Part shown: positions 28,684 to 37,405 of the stretch, piece after piece
How positions within the stretch are numbered: the stretch's first letter is position 1
How the letters are laid out: each line of letters opens with the position of its first letter
NCBI GenBank assembly: GCA_049515615.1
Contig: JBEKTX010000001.1
Location: 1-46,899 of the forward strand
Length of the DNA: 46,899 nt
Reading direction: 5' to 3'
Origin: Spirochaetia bacterium
Lineage (GTDB): Bacteria; Spirochaetota; Spirochaetia; SZUA-6; Fen-1364
Position numbers and translations under genes: made by a program
Notes under the pieces: model-generated
The model's input: only the letters and a program-made list of their open reading frames with translations
The model's database searches: none
What the model was told of the DNA's origin: nothing

Positions 28684-29997
28684 TCATCCGGCTCGCTCTT
28701 TTGCGGCTCCGGGGGGATCCGGGTAGCGGAAGTGCAGCCCCTGGTAGTTGCAGAGCACCAGATCATCGCCGTCCCTGCCGACGAGGTACTCCGGCAGCAG
28801 GGGAATCTTGCCGCCGCCCCCGGGGGCGTCGATTACGTACGTGGGCACCGCGTAGCCCGAGGTGTGCCCGCGCAGGCCCTGGATGATCTCCAGCCCCTTC
28901 TGCACCGGGGTCCGGAAATGGCTCGAGCCGAAGATCGGGTCGCATTGGTAGAGGTAGTAGGGCTTCACGCGCGCCTTCAGCAGGCCGTGCATAAGCCTCT
29001 TCATCGTGTCCACGGTATCGTTGATGCCCGCCAGCAGGACGGTCTGGCTGCCCAGTGGGATCCCCGCATCCGCCAGGCGCGCGCATGCCTCAATTGTTTC
29101 CGGCGTGAGCTCGTCCGGGTGCGTGAAGTGGATGCTGACCCACAGTGGATGCGAGCGCTTCAGGACCCGGGCGAGAGAGGTCGTGATTCGCTGGGGCATG
29201 ACGACCGGGACCTTCGTTCCGATGCGGAGGAACTCCACGTGCGGGATCCTGCGCAGACGGGAGAGCAGCCAGTCCAGCTTCTCATCGGAAAGAGTGAGCG
29301 GATCACCGCCCGAGAGCAGGACGTCACGCACCTCGGTGTGCGCATCGATGTACGCGATTGCCTGCTCCCACTGTGACTGGAAGAAGATGCTGTTGTTGTC
29401 GGGGTTTTCCACCATGCGCGACCGCGTACAGTAGCGGCAGTTGGACGCGCACGAATTGGCCACCAGGAACAGCACCCGGTCGGGGTAGCGGTGCACGATC
29501 CCGGGCACCGGGCTGTCCTTTTCCTCTCCGAGAGGATCCTCCGCTTCTCCGGGGACGCGGAGATACTCGTCGGTCACGGGGATCATCGTCCTTCGGAGCG
29601 GCTGCTCGGCATTGTCCGCATCAAGAAGGCTGAGATAGTACGGCGTGATGGCGAAGGGCAGGGGGCCCGTGTGCCTCTGGACGGCCGTGCGCTCATCGTC
29701 GGTCAGCCGCACCACCCGTTCCAGGGCCTCGAGGGAGCGCACGCGGTTTCGGAGCTGCCAGCGCCAGTCGCACCACTCGGCCGGGGTGGCCAGCGGGAAG
29801 TGGCGTGCGCGGAACTCTTCTGATCGTGTGGAGGCAGGGAACCTGGAGGGAACGGTCGGTGGTTTCTTGATGGACCTGGAAAAGGAAGTGAAGGAAGGGA
29901 TCGTAGCCCGGATGCCGACAAGCTCGGCAAGGTCCTGGACTACGGGCATGGTACCTGGAGGTTCTGCCTCCTCAGTGCTCTGCACCTTGGTTTCCAT
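28684..29997 (-). CDS. kamA: KamA-family radical SAM aminomutase (lysine 2,3-aminomutase-like)
   Basis: CX3CX2C CASNCRYCTRS; SGGDPL; GINDTVDTMKRL; PYYLYQCDPIFGSSHFRTP; PLP-site PGGGGKIPL. About 100-aa N-terminal region before the conserved core. Confidence 0.9.
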   Translation of the reverse strand: METKVQSTEEAEPPGTMPVVQDLAELVGIRATIPSFTSFSRSIKKPPTVPSRFPASTRSEEFRARHFPLATPAEWCDWRWQLRNRVRSLEALERVVRLTDDERTAVQRHTGPLPFAITPYYLSLLDADNAEQPLRRTMIPVTDEYLRVPGEAEDPLGEEKDSPVPGIVHRYPDRVLFLVANSCASNCRYCTRSRMVENPDNNSIFFQSQWEQAIAYIDAHTEVRDVLLSGGDPLTLSDEKLDWLLSRLRRIPHVEFLRIGTKVPVVMPQRITTSLARVLKRSHPLWVSIHFTHPDELTPETIEACARLADAGIPLGSQTVLLAGINDTVDTMKRLMHGLLKARVKPYYLYQCDPIFGSSHFRTPVQKGLEIIQGLRGHTSGYAVPTYVIDAPGGGGKIPLLPEYLVGRDGDDLVLCNYQGLHFRYPDPPGAAKERAG

Positions 29998-30094
29998 TTC
30001 TGCTCGGACTCCTCTATCTCATCGTTGTCTGGGAAAGGCCGCTTTCGCGCAGCGAGGACGGCGGGTCCCCTCCCTTTTCGATTCTTCGCTCCAA

Positions 30095-30123
30095 TAAATA
30101 CTACATACAAAAAACAAATGCAA
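30095..30123 (-). promoter_or_regulatory. candidate sigma-70 promoter of the kamA operon in an AT-rich island
   Basis: Minus strand reads TTGCAT (30123-30118), 17-nt spacer, TATTTA (30100-30095), with an A-tract upstream. Leaves a leader of about 90 nt. Confidence 0.4.
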
Positions 30124-30275
30124 GAGGTTTCGCGTTTTCGTCAATTTTTTTCAGCGCCACGAGGCTGCAACTCCCCAACTCCTGTCAAGTAATTTATCGG
30201 CAACTTCACCGGACGACTCTCGGACGCCTTGCCGGGCTCGCGGCGACCCTCTGAATCGGGTATGCTGTCCGCCGT

Positions 30276-31595
30276 ATGAGCAGGGATTTCCTCACTGATC
30301 TGGGCACCAGCGGCCCGGAGGGCAACAGGGCGATCCTCGTCGGCGTCGAGCTGAAGGGCGCATCAGGCGCATGGACCATGAAGGATTCTCTGGACGAGCT
30401 GGGAAGGTTGGCGGAGACGGCGGGCCTCGCCGTGGCCGGAGCCACCAGCCAGAAGCTCGCGCATCCCGACGCTCGCACTTGGATCGGCTCCGGCAAGGTC
30501 CGGGAGCTCGGGGAGCTCGTAGCGGCAAGTGATGCGCGCTATGTGCTCTTCGACGACGAGCTCTCCCCCGGACAGCAGCGGAAGCTCGAAGCGGCGCTGG
30601 GGGACGGGATACGGGTCATCGACCGCACCCGGCTGATCCTCGATATCTTCAGCCAGCACGCACAGAGCCGGGAGGGCAAGCTGCAGGTCGAGCTCGCGCA
30701 GTACCAGTACCTGCTCCCGCGGCTCGCCGGCATGCGGGTCGGTCTCTCCCAGCAGACCGGCGGCACGGGGGCCGGGGCCGTAGGGCTCAGGGGGCCCGGG
30801 GAAACGCAGCTCGAGCTGGACCGCAGGCAGGCGCGGCGGCGGATCGCCGTCCTCAAGGCGGGGCTGGAAGAGGTGAGGCTGCAGCGGAGCCAGCACCGCG
30901 AGCGCAGGGAGAGCTCAGGTCCCCCGGTGGCGGCCCTTGTCGGCTACACCAACGCGGGAAAGAGCTCCCTGCTGAACGCGATCACTGGCGCCGGCGTGCT
31001 CGTTCAGGACAAGCTCTTTGCCACCCTGGACCCCATTACCCGGCGGCTTGCCCTGCCGGGCGGCAGGGAAGCCCTCCTCACCGACACGGTCGGATTCATC
31101 AGGAAGATCCCGCACGATCTGGTAGCCGCGTTCCGCGCCACGCTGGAAGGAATCGAGGAAGCCTCCCTGATCCTGCACGTCGTGGACAGCTCGCACCCCC
31201 ACCCCGCGGAGCAGATCGCGGCCGTGGACGAAGTACTGGCCGGCCTGGATCTCTCCTCGACCCCGCGTCTCCTGGTGTGGAACAAGATCGACCTCCTCCC
31301 CGGTGCGGGTGCGCCCCTGCTTCTTCACGGCAGGCATGAGCTTTCGCTTGCCGTCAGCGCGCGGACCGGGAAGGGCGTCCCCGAGCTGCTCGTGAAAATC
31401 GAGATGATTCTGCAGGAAGGCCTGGTGGAGGTCCACCTGGCGCTCCCTTACGACCGCTATGACCTCGTGAAGCTGGTCTACGAACAGGGATCCGTCACGA
31501 CGAAGCAGGACGGGCCGGAAGGGGTGATCCTCCGGGCCCTCGTTCCCTCGGCCCTCGCGAGGATGCTCGAGCCTTTCGCCGCGAAAGACGACTAA
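30276..31595 (+). CDS. hflX: GTPase HflX
   Basis: HflX N-domain (IFSQHAQSREGKLQVELAQYQYLLPRL). G1 GYTNAGKSSLLNAITG, G3 DTVGF, G4 NKID. Confidence 0.92.
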   Translation: MSRDFLTDLGTSGPEGNRAILVGVELKGASGAWTMKDSLDELGRLAETAGLAVAGATSQKLAHPDARTWIGSGKVRELGELVAASDARYVLFDDELSPGQQRKLEAALGDGIRVIDRTRLILDIFSQHAQSREGKLQVELAQYQYLLPRLAGMRVGLSQQTGGTGAGAVGLRGPGETQLELDRRQARRRIAVLKAGLEEVRLQRSQHRERRESSGPPVAALVGYTNAGKSSLLNAITGAGVLVQDKLFATLDPITRRLALPGGREALLTDTVGFIRKIPHDLVAAFRATLEGIEEASLILHVVDSSHPHPAEQIAAVDEVLAGLDLSSTPRLLVWNKIDLLPGAGAPLLLHGRHELSLAVSARTGKGVPELLVKIEMILQEGLVEVHLALPYDRYDLVKLVYEQGSVTTKQDGPEGVILRALVPSALARMLEPFAAKDD

Positions 31596-34285
31596 CCGAC
31601 GGCCGCCCGGCGGCGGTAGTCCGCGTACGAGATGAAAGCTCCGCCCTTGTCGATGAACACGACCAGATTGCGCGACCGCTTCGCGGCGTACAGTGCCCGG
31701 TCCGCCTTCTCCACAGCCTTCTGCAAATCGGGGATACCGCCAATGTCGGCGACGCCGATTGAGAGAGTGGAGCAGGGCTGGCCGCCGTCCTTCCCCACCT
31801 TGCGGACGTCCTGCATGCCTTCGCGCGCGAGCACCTTTGTCTCCTGGGAAAAACGAAGCCGCTCGGCGAGAATGATCCCCGTGTGCATGTCGGAGGGGAC
31901 CACGATGAGCATTTCCTCCCCCCCGTAGCGCACTGCGAGGTCTCCCTCGCGGATGTTGTCCAGGATCATCGCCGCCGTCGCCTTCAACACCTCGTCGCCT
32001 CGGGAGTGGCCCAGCGAATCGTTCACCCACTTGAAGTGGTCGATGTCGATCATCATCAGGGAGAGCGGAGTGCGGGACCCGCGCAGCCGCTGGAGCTTCC
32101 GGGGCAGCTCTTTCAGGAAGTAGTCCTTGTTCTTCAGGCCGGTGAGAGCATCGAGGTATTGCCCGGGAAACTGTTCCCCAAGTGTCTCCTGCAGGGACAG
32201 CTGCGCATCCCTCGCGCCCACCGCCCTCTCCTTGTTCCAGAGCGCATGTTCCCCCGAGGCGGCGTTGACGACCCCATGGCCTGCCAGGGCGGCGGGGCTC
32301 CTCTGGTCGTTCAGAAGGGCATCGTACAGGTATGCCACGCCCCGAAACACATCGAGAAAAGTGACCTGTGCCTTCTGGGGAATGGCCAGGACGGTCTCAC
32401 GGAACCGGGCCTCGATCCATCGCCTCACCTGCCGGGTGACGGGGTGGTAGTCCACGGTTCCCGGCTTTGCCGCGGCCACAAAGTCCACGATGCCCTTCGC
32501 CGCGAGATCCATCATGACTTTCCTGCTCACGGGGTCCCCGGCGCCGAGGGCGTTCTGATTGAGCACCATCCCGGCCTCTGTAAGAAGCGTGGAAAGCCGG
32601 GATGCCAGCTCGTAGAGCTTCGGTCCCTCGACGTGCACCCGCTCCGTGATGATGTGGCCGAACCCCCTGATGGCCGTATTGCGCAGCTGGTTTATCCGCT
32701 CCGCGATGGTGCGGGCTCGCTGGCTTTCCTTGAACTGTGCCGCATACCGGGGATCACCCGCGGTCTCCCGCGCGTACTCCCGGACCGCGTCCAGGTACGG
32801 CTCGAAAACCCGCGGGAACGCGTCCCGCCATTCGTCTCTCAGCGCGACCAGGTCCGCGTGCAGCCCCTCGCGGGCAACCAGTCTTTCAAGCGCCGCGGGA
32901 TCCAGTGAAGAGAGCATGTCGTCGAGGAGGGAATGGAACACGAGCACGAGGCCCATGATGTCCTGCGCGGACATGCTCTCCAGCTCCACCGCCCGGGCCT
33001 CGAACACCGGCGAGTGCCGGAAGATCCTGTTCGAGAAATACGGCAGGACGAACTCACCTTGCTCGATTCGCTCCACCCCGGACTCGGGGAAAAGGGAGGC
33101 CAGCATGGAGAGGGTTCCCTCGAATCGGACGCTGAACTTCTCCACCTTTTCCTGCTCCAGCCGGGCAAGCTCGCGGGCCTGTCTCTCCTGGAGCTCCTTC
33201 TCGCGAAGCTCGCGCATCCTGCGCTGCCATCCTTCCCAGGTGAGGATGTCGCCGTCCTGGATGCCGAGGAACTGGCGCACGGCGGCCGTCTTCATGGGCG
33301 TGCTGTCCTCCTCCGTGTAGAATGCGGCGATCATCTTCAAGAGTGCGGGGTACAGCTCGTGGGCGAACCGGCCCAGGTTCTGGAGGCAGGCGCGGAACAG
33401 CCCCTCCGCCTCCAGCATCTCCCCCGCCGTGCGGGGGCCCGGGGTGATCTTCAGATTCACGTCTCGGGCGATGTTGTAGAGCAGCACGAGCTTCTCCTGC
33501 TCAACCGAGTCGGTGATGGCGATGAGGCGGCAGCCGTCCTTCACCACGCGCGCGAGGTCGGAAACCCGGACCGGCGCGCGCGTGCGGAGGTCGGTGCCGA
33601 GGTACTCAAGGCTCTTTCGCAGCATGTCGTAGGGCTGCGTGAAGACTGAAAAATACTCCACGGCAAAGGGCTCGCGTGCGCGCAGCTCCGCCAGGACAAG
33701 CTCCGCCTTGCGCGACGGGGCCCCGCCGCCCCGCTGTCCCATGAGACGTCCGGCGCTCTCACGAAGGGCATCGAGGGTGTCGATGAAAGACAAGTGGAAG
33801 GGGTTTCCCGTACGAAACCCTCTCTCGTCGGCCAGCAGCGCAAGGAGCGCCCTGCTGACGAGGTCCGGCCGCGACTGGTCGAAGCGGCTCATGAAGTCAT
33901 CGAAGCGCTGGGGCAGGCGCGTGATGAGGTAGCCGTTCCTGTACGCGTAACGATTGATGCGCCGCCGCAGCCACTGCGGGATGGTGGGCAGCCAGTCGAC
34001 AGCGCGCTTGCCCAGCTCGATTTCCGAGGCCGAAGAGGCAGGCACTTCGCGAGCGGAGGCGGCCGGCGCCTCGCTTCCCTGGGGCGCGAGCGCGGCGCGG
34101 CGGCGTTCCATTTCCCGCAGGGACTTCATCCGCTCCACTGCGGCCCGGGACCTCTTTTTCGCCTCCTCCTCTCCGTATCCCTTCTCTCGGAGGCTTCGGT
34201 AGACCTTTTGTATCTCCTCCGCGGGGACGCCCTGGCGCAGGAGTCCGTCCTTGAAAGTTGCTTTTTCCTTGTCCATGGAAGACAT
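31592..34285 (-). CDS. cytoplasmic diguanylate cyclase (GGDEF domain, GGEEM variant) with ~700-aa uncharacterised N-terminal region
   Basis: C-terminal LTGLKNKDYF...MIDIDHFKWVNDSLGHSRGDEVL...RYGGEEMLIV...ADRALYAAKRSRN. The start is ambiguous (ATG at 34303, 34285 or 34276). I prefer 34285 because the 34303 ATG lies inside a TGCTATATT extended -10-like element. Confidence 0.85.
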   Translation of the reverse strand: MSSMDKEKATFKDGLLRQGVPAEEIQKVYRSLREKGYGEEEAKKRSRAAVERMKSLREMERRRAALAPQGSEAPAASAREVPASSASEIELGKRAVDWLPTIPQWLRRRINRYAYRNGYLITRLPQRFDDFMSRFDQSRPDLVSRALLALLADERGFRTGNPFHLSFIDTLDALRESAGRLMGQRGGGAPSRKAELVLAELRAREPFAVEYFSVFTQPYDMLRKSLEYLGTDLRTRAPVRVSDLARVVKDGCRLIAITDSVEQEKLVLLYNIARDVNLKITPGPRTAGEMLEAEGLFRACLQNLGRFAHELYPALLKMIAAFYTEEDSTPMKTAAVRQFLGIQDGDILTWEGWQRRMRELREKELQERQARELARLEQEKVEKFSVRFEGTLSMLASLFPESGVERIEQGEFVLPYFSNRIFRHSPVFEARAVELESMSAQDIMGLVLVFHSLLDDMLSSLDPAALERLVAREGLHADLVALRDEWRDAFPRVFEPYLDAVREYARETAGDPRYAAQFKESQRARTIAERINQLRNTAIRGFGHIITERVHVEGPKLYELASRLSTLLTEAGMVLNQNALGAGDPVSRKVMMDLAAKGIVDFVAAAKPGTVDYHPVTRQVRRWIEARFRETVLAIPQKAQVTFLDVFRGVAYLYDALLNDQRSPAALAGHGVVNAASGEHALWNKERAVGARDAQLSLQETLGEQFPGQYLDALTGLKNKDYFLKELPRKLQRLRGSRTPLSLMMIDIDHFKWVNDSLGHSRGDEVLKATAAMILDNIREGDLAVRYGGEEMLIVVPSDMHTGIILAERLRFSQETKVLAREGMQDVRKVGKDGGQPCSTLSIGVADIGGIPDLQKAVEKADRALYAAKRSRNLVVFIDKGGAFISYADYRRRAAVG

Positions 34286-34330
34286 ATGAGTACAATATAG
34301 CATCCGGGACGCCGTGGCATCCGGTGTGTT

Positions 34331-34750
34331 TCAGACGTCCCGGGACATCACCTTCAGGGTCGTTCTCTCCTCCCACCCGATCTTCCGCCAGAAACGCTGA
34401 CCCTCGATATTGTCGGCGATGACAAAAATATGGCATTTCCTGAGTCCCGCGGCCGCAAGGGCGGAAAGGCAGCGCTCGACGAGACTCTTCCCGATGCCGG
34501 TTTTCCTTCGTGCTTTCTCGACTGCGAGATGATGAAGGAATCCGCGGCGTCCGTCGTTCCCGCACATCACCGCCCCCACGATCCTCCCCTTCTCTTCTGC
34601 GACGAAGCTCAGCCCGGGGTTGCGGGCGAGGAAGCGCGCGACGTTCGGTGCCTTGTCGGCCTGGCTCAGCCCGATGCCCTCGGTCCTCTTCCAGAGCGCA
34701 TAGGCTGCATCGTAGTCGGACATCGAAAACTCACGGATGTTCAGTGCCAT
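34331..34750 (-). CDS. GNAT family N-acetyltransferase
   Basis: ATG at 34750 (MALNIREFSMSDYDAAYALW). Motif A: HLAVEKARRKTGIGKSLVERC. Confidence 0.8.
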   Translation of the reverse strand: MALNIREFSMSDYDAAYALWKRTEGIGLSQADKAPNVARFLARNPGLSFVAEEKGRIVGAVMCGNDGRRGFLHHLAVEKARRKTGIGKSLVERCLSALAAAGLRKCHIFVIADNIEGQRFWRKIGWEERTTLKVMSRDV

Positions 34751-34852
34751 GCCATCGGTGTAGCGGCGGACTGCCGGCGCGTCAAGCTTGAAACCGCGCG
34801 TGTTGAACGACGCAAAGGGCGTTCGAAGCCCAGGCCCCGAGCGCAGGAAAAA

Positions 34853-34868
34853 CATACATTCGTGTATG
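34853..34868. promoter_or_regulatory. 16-bp palindrome, candidate enhancer (UAS) for the sigma-54 promoter
   Basis: CATACA-ttcg-TGTATG at 34853-34868, about 140-150 bp upstream of the -24/-12 element, in a long (~390 bp) lower-GC intergenic region. Confidence 0.3.
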
Positions 34869-35005
34869 GCGACATGGCATTTCAGACATTCATGTAGCTC
34901 AAGCGGAATTGCGGCTTTTCTGGTCTTCAAGGGGTGTCTTTTCTATTTCCTTTTCTCTCAAAAACTTACGTTCCAGCAAGGGATTCTTAAGGGTTTCTTA
35001 ATCTT

Positions 35006-35021
35006 TGGCATGGACCTTGCT
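35006..35021 (+). promoter_or_regulatory. sigma-54 (-24/-12) promoter
   Basis: TGGCAT-ggacc-TTGCT, compared with consensus TGGCAC-N5-TTGCW. GG and GC have the exact 10-nt spacing. Located about 125 nt upstream of the permease ATG. Confidence 0.6.
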
Positions 35022-35144
35022 TTTCACTCTCATATTCATTTCGCTTTCGCCCCAGGAGTGGGCTCCGAGAAATGGAAAAAGCCGCAGGAGCGGCAGGGGA
35101 TCGGCCGGAAGATCCCCAACTTCCTTGCAAAGGAGATGCAAGTC

Positions 35145-37055
35145 ATGGCTGATATTACAATGACCTCGCCTCTGGTGAAGCCCAAGCTCGGGATGATGGG
35201 CGCCAGCATGAACGCAATGGCGCTCATCGCGCCAGGAGCGTTCCTCTGGATCACCTACCAGCTTCAGGCGGCAGCCACGGCGCCCAGCGGCGCGTCGGTG
35301 GCGGCTGACATCTGGGCGGGCATCGTCGTCGCGCTCGTGCTCGCGTTTCTTACCGCGATCTCCTACTCGCAGCTTGCGAAGCTGTATCCTGAGGCGGGTT
35401 TCGCCGGCGCAGTGTATTTTGCGGAAAAGGCCTTCCTCGAACGCTCGGGAGCCAGGAGAGGCGCGCCAAGCTCCATGGCCCGCATGGCAAAGCTCAGCAC
35501 GGGATGGGCGGCGCACCTGTTCTACTGGGTCTATCCAGGAGTGATGGTCGCTTTCATGGCGACCCTGATCGGGTACCTCTACAACCAGTTCACGGGAAAG
35601 AGCCTGTCCGTTCTCGAGCTGACCCTTATCGGCGTCATATTTACGATCGTGACGGGCTACATTGCCTATCGAGGGATCACCGGCTCGACCTTCACGTCGA
35701 TCGTCATCAACGTGATCCAATGGGGCTCGCTCCTCATCTTCAGCGGTCTTGCCATCTACTATCGCCTCCACAATCCGCAGGGGACAGCTGCGTGGACCTT
35801 CAGTGGCGCCTGGGACGTAGTGAAGCCTCATACGCTGAACGGAGTGCTGATACAGTCCACGATTGCCATCCTGATCCTGGTGGGCTTCGAGAGCTCCACC
35901 TCTCTGTCTGCAGAGACAAAAAACGCGAAGCGCACGATACCCAGGGCAATCATCATCGCCTTGATCATTCAGGGGCTCCTGGCGTACCTCATCGAGTATT
36001 TCGCGACGGGCACCATGATCAGCGACAAGCTCACCGGCGTCGTCGACGGCAAGACAGTCACCGGCATGGACGCGGCAGCGGCATCCGGGGCGCCAATCGG
36101 CGATCTCACCCAGCTGATCGGAAACTCCGTGCTCCATGGAATCGGCTTCGGCCTGATGATCAGCATCGCGATCACTGTGGCCATCGCGGTGATCGGCACG
36201 ACATTGAGCTGCATGAACACGGCTATGCGGATCTCCGGCGGCATGGCCGCGGACCAGGAACTGCCTTCAATGATGGGTTTCATCCACAAGAAGTTCGCCA
36301 TCCCGCACGTGGCGCTCATCGCCCTTATCATGGTGAGCGCGGTCATCGGGGCAATAGGCGTGCGCTCCGTCGTGGGCCTGACGGGCATCACCCTCGCATC
36401 GAACCTTGGCACCTTCGTGCTCTACGGGCTGACCTGCACGTGGACGATCGTCGCCTACAGGAAGAGATCTGACCACAACATCCTCCTGCACGATATCGTT
36501 CCCGCCCTCGGCGTCCTGGCCAACCTCATCATGCTGATTGCGATCGTCTACCTGTACGTGATCGGAAACGCTGATTCCAAGAACGAGGCGTACATCATGT
36601 TCGTCATCGCCGGCGGGTGGTTGATCGTTTCGATTGCCTATGTCGGTGTCACGAGCATGAGGAAGTCGTACAGCATGAAGATGATCTCGGCCATGATACG
36701 ACCCGAATCTCTCAGCGTCCTCCTGCAGGTGCTCAAAGACGAGGACCTGATACTGGGGATGACAGTGACAAAGATCAAGGGATTCGGCAGGCAGCTCGGC
36801 AAGGCGGCCGGAGCCGGGAATGGCGGCGGCGCCGGGAGCGGCGATCCGGACCTGCAGTTCACCAGCGACAGGATCTCCCTCATCCCGAAGGTCAGGGTGG
36901 ATCTCGTGGTCAACGACTGGGACGTCCCCAAGGTGATGGAGGTCATGCGGGAGGCGTTGTTCACCGGGCAGGTGGGAGACGGAAAGATCTTCGTCATGAA
37001 CGCAACGGACGCCATGAGGATCCGCACAGGGGAGAAGGGGGTGCTGGCTGTATGA
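35145..37055 (+). CDS. APC-superfamily permease fused to a C-terminal P-II (GlnB/GlnK-like) domain
   Basis: ATG at 35145, 9 nt after AAGGAG. About 12 hydrophobic segments and the APC signature region GFESSTSLSAETKNAKRTIPRAI. Residues encoded from 36675 onward (MKMISAMIRPESLSVLLQVLKDEDLILGMTVTKIKGFGRQ...FTGQVGDGKIFVMNATDAMRIRTGEKG) align end to end with P-II. The T-loop carries a Gly/Ala-rich insertion. Confidence 0.85.
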   Translation: MADITMTSPLVKPKLGMMGASMNAMALIAPGAFLWITYQLQAAATAPSGASVAADIWAGIVVALVLAFLTAISYSQLAKLYPEAGFAGAVYFAEKAFLERSGARRGAPSSMARMAKLSTGWAAHLFYWVYPGVMVAFMATLIGYLYNQFTGKSLSVLELTLIGVIFTIVTGYIAYRGITGSTFTSIVINVIQWGSLLIFSGLAIYYRLHNPQGTAAWTFSGAWDVVKPHTLNGVLIQSTIAILILVGFESSTSLSAETKNAKRTIPRAIIIALIIQGLLAYLIEYFATGTMISDKLTGVVDGKTVTGMDAAAASGAPIGDLTQLIGNSVLHGIGFGLMISIAITVAIAVIGTTLSCMNTAMRISGGMAADQELPSMMGFIHKKFAIPHVALIALIMVSAVIGAIGVRSVVGLTGITLASNLGTFVLYGLTCTWTIVAYRKRSDHNILLHDIVPALGVLANLIMLIAIVYLYVIGNADSKNEAYIMFVIAGGWLIVSIAYVGVTSMRKSYSMKMISAMIRPESLSVLLQVLKDEDLILGMTVTKIKGFGRQLGKAAGAGNGGGAGSGDPDLQFTSDRISLIPKVRVDLVVNDWDVPKVMEVMREALFTGQVGDGKIFVMNATDAMRIRTGEKGVLAV

Positions 37056-37393
37056 AAAGGATAGAAGCGATCGTTCGACCCGGGAAGGTGAACGAAGTGT
37101 ATGCCGCGCTGGAGCTGGTGGGCCACCCGGGCATGATGGTCTCGGAGATCGAAGGCCATGGAAAGACAAAGGGAATCGAGCAGCAGGTGCGGGGAAAGAC
37201 GTATCGAGTGGATTTCATCACGAAAGCGCGCATCGAGCTGGTCGTGGAGGACGCCGAGGTGAACGACATTGTTTCGGCGATCCAGAAGGCGGCCTTCACG
37301 GGCCAGATCGGGGATGGGAAGATATTCATCCATCCCCTCGATGATGCCGTGCGCGTGAGAACCGCGGAGAGGGGCGTCGCCGCCATCAGGTAG
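37052..37393 (+). CDS. nitrogen regulatory protein P-II family
   Basis: ATGA overlap with the permease stop. MKRIEAIVRPGKVNEVYAAL...SEIEGHGKTKGIEQQVRGKTYRVDF...FTGQIGDGKIFIHPLDDAVRVRTAERG. A Tyr sits at the position equivalent to E. coli Tyr51. Confidence 0.9.
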   Translation: MKRIEAIVRPGKVNEVYAALELVGHPGMMVSEIEGHGKTKGIEQQVRGKTYRVDFITKARIELVVEDAEVNDIVSAIQKAAFTGQIGDGKIFIHPLDDAVRVRTAERGVAAIR

Positions 37394-37405
37394 ATTTTCG
37401 ACCAT

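Noticed and set aside
28363-29376. 337-aa plus-strand ORF over the ATP-grasp/KamA junction
   Set aside because: It is antisense to two genes with strong motifs and spans their intergenic gap. Its composition is shadow-like.
29998-30275. 278-bp AT-rich intergenic region checked for a small RNA or tRNA
   Set aside because: No cloverleaf or conserved ncRNA signature is recognisable. It is best explained as divergent promoter regions for kamA and hflX.
31883-32908. 341-aa plus-strand ORF inside the GGDEF gene (similar cases: 34998-36137, 37895-38965, 40743-41945, 43064-44092, 45917-46897)
   Set aside because: All are antisense partners of confidently assigned genes. None has a recognisable domain. 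All are rich in Arg/Gly/Pro/His.
35096-35117. Hairpin GGGGATC-(8 nt)-GATCCCC in the permease leader as a possible riboswitch or attenuator
   Set aside because: No T-run follows it. I could not match the ~110-nt leader to the glutamine or other nitrogen-related riboswitch consensus from memory. This needs a covariance-model scan before any claim.
34788-35144. 119-codon N-terminal extension of the permease ORF in the track
   Set aside because: The extension runs through the AT-richer intergenic region and through the sigma-54 promoter itself. The ATG at 35145 has a well-spaced AAGGAG, and the TM core begins shortly after it.
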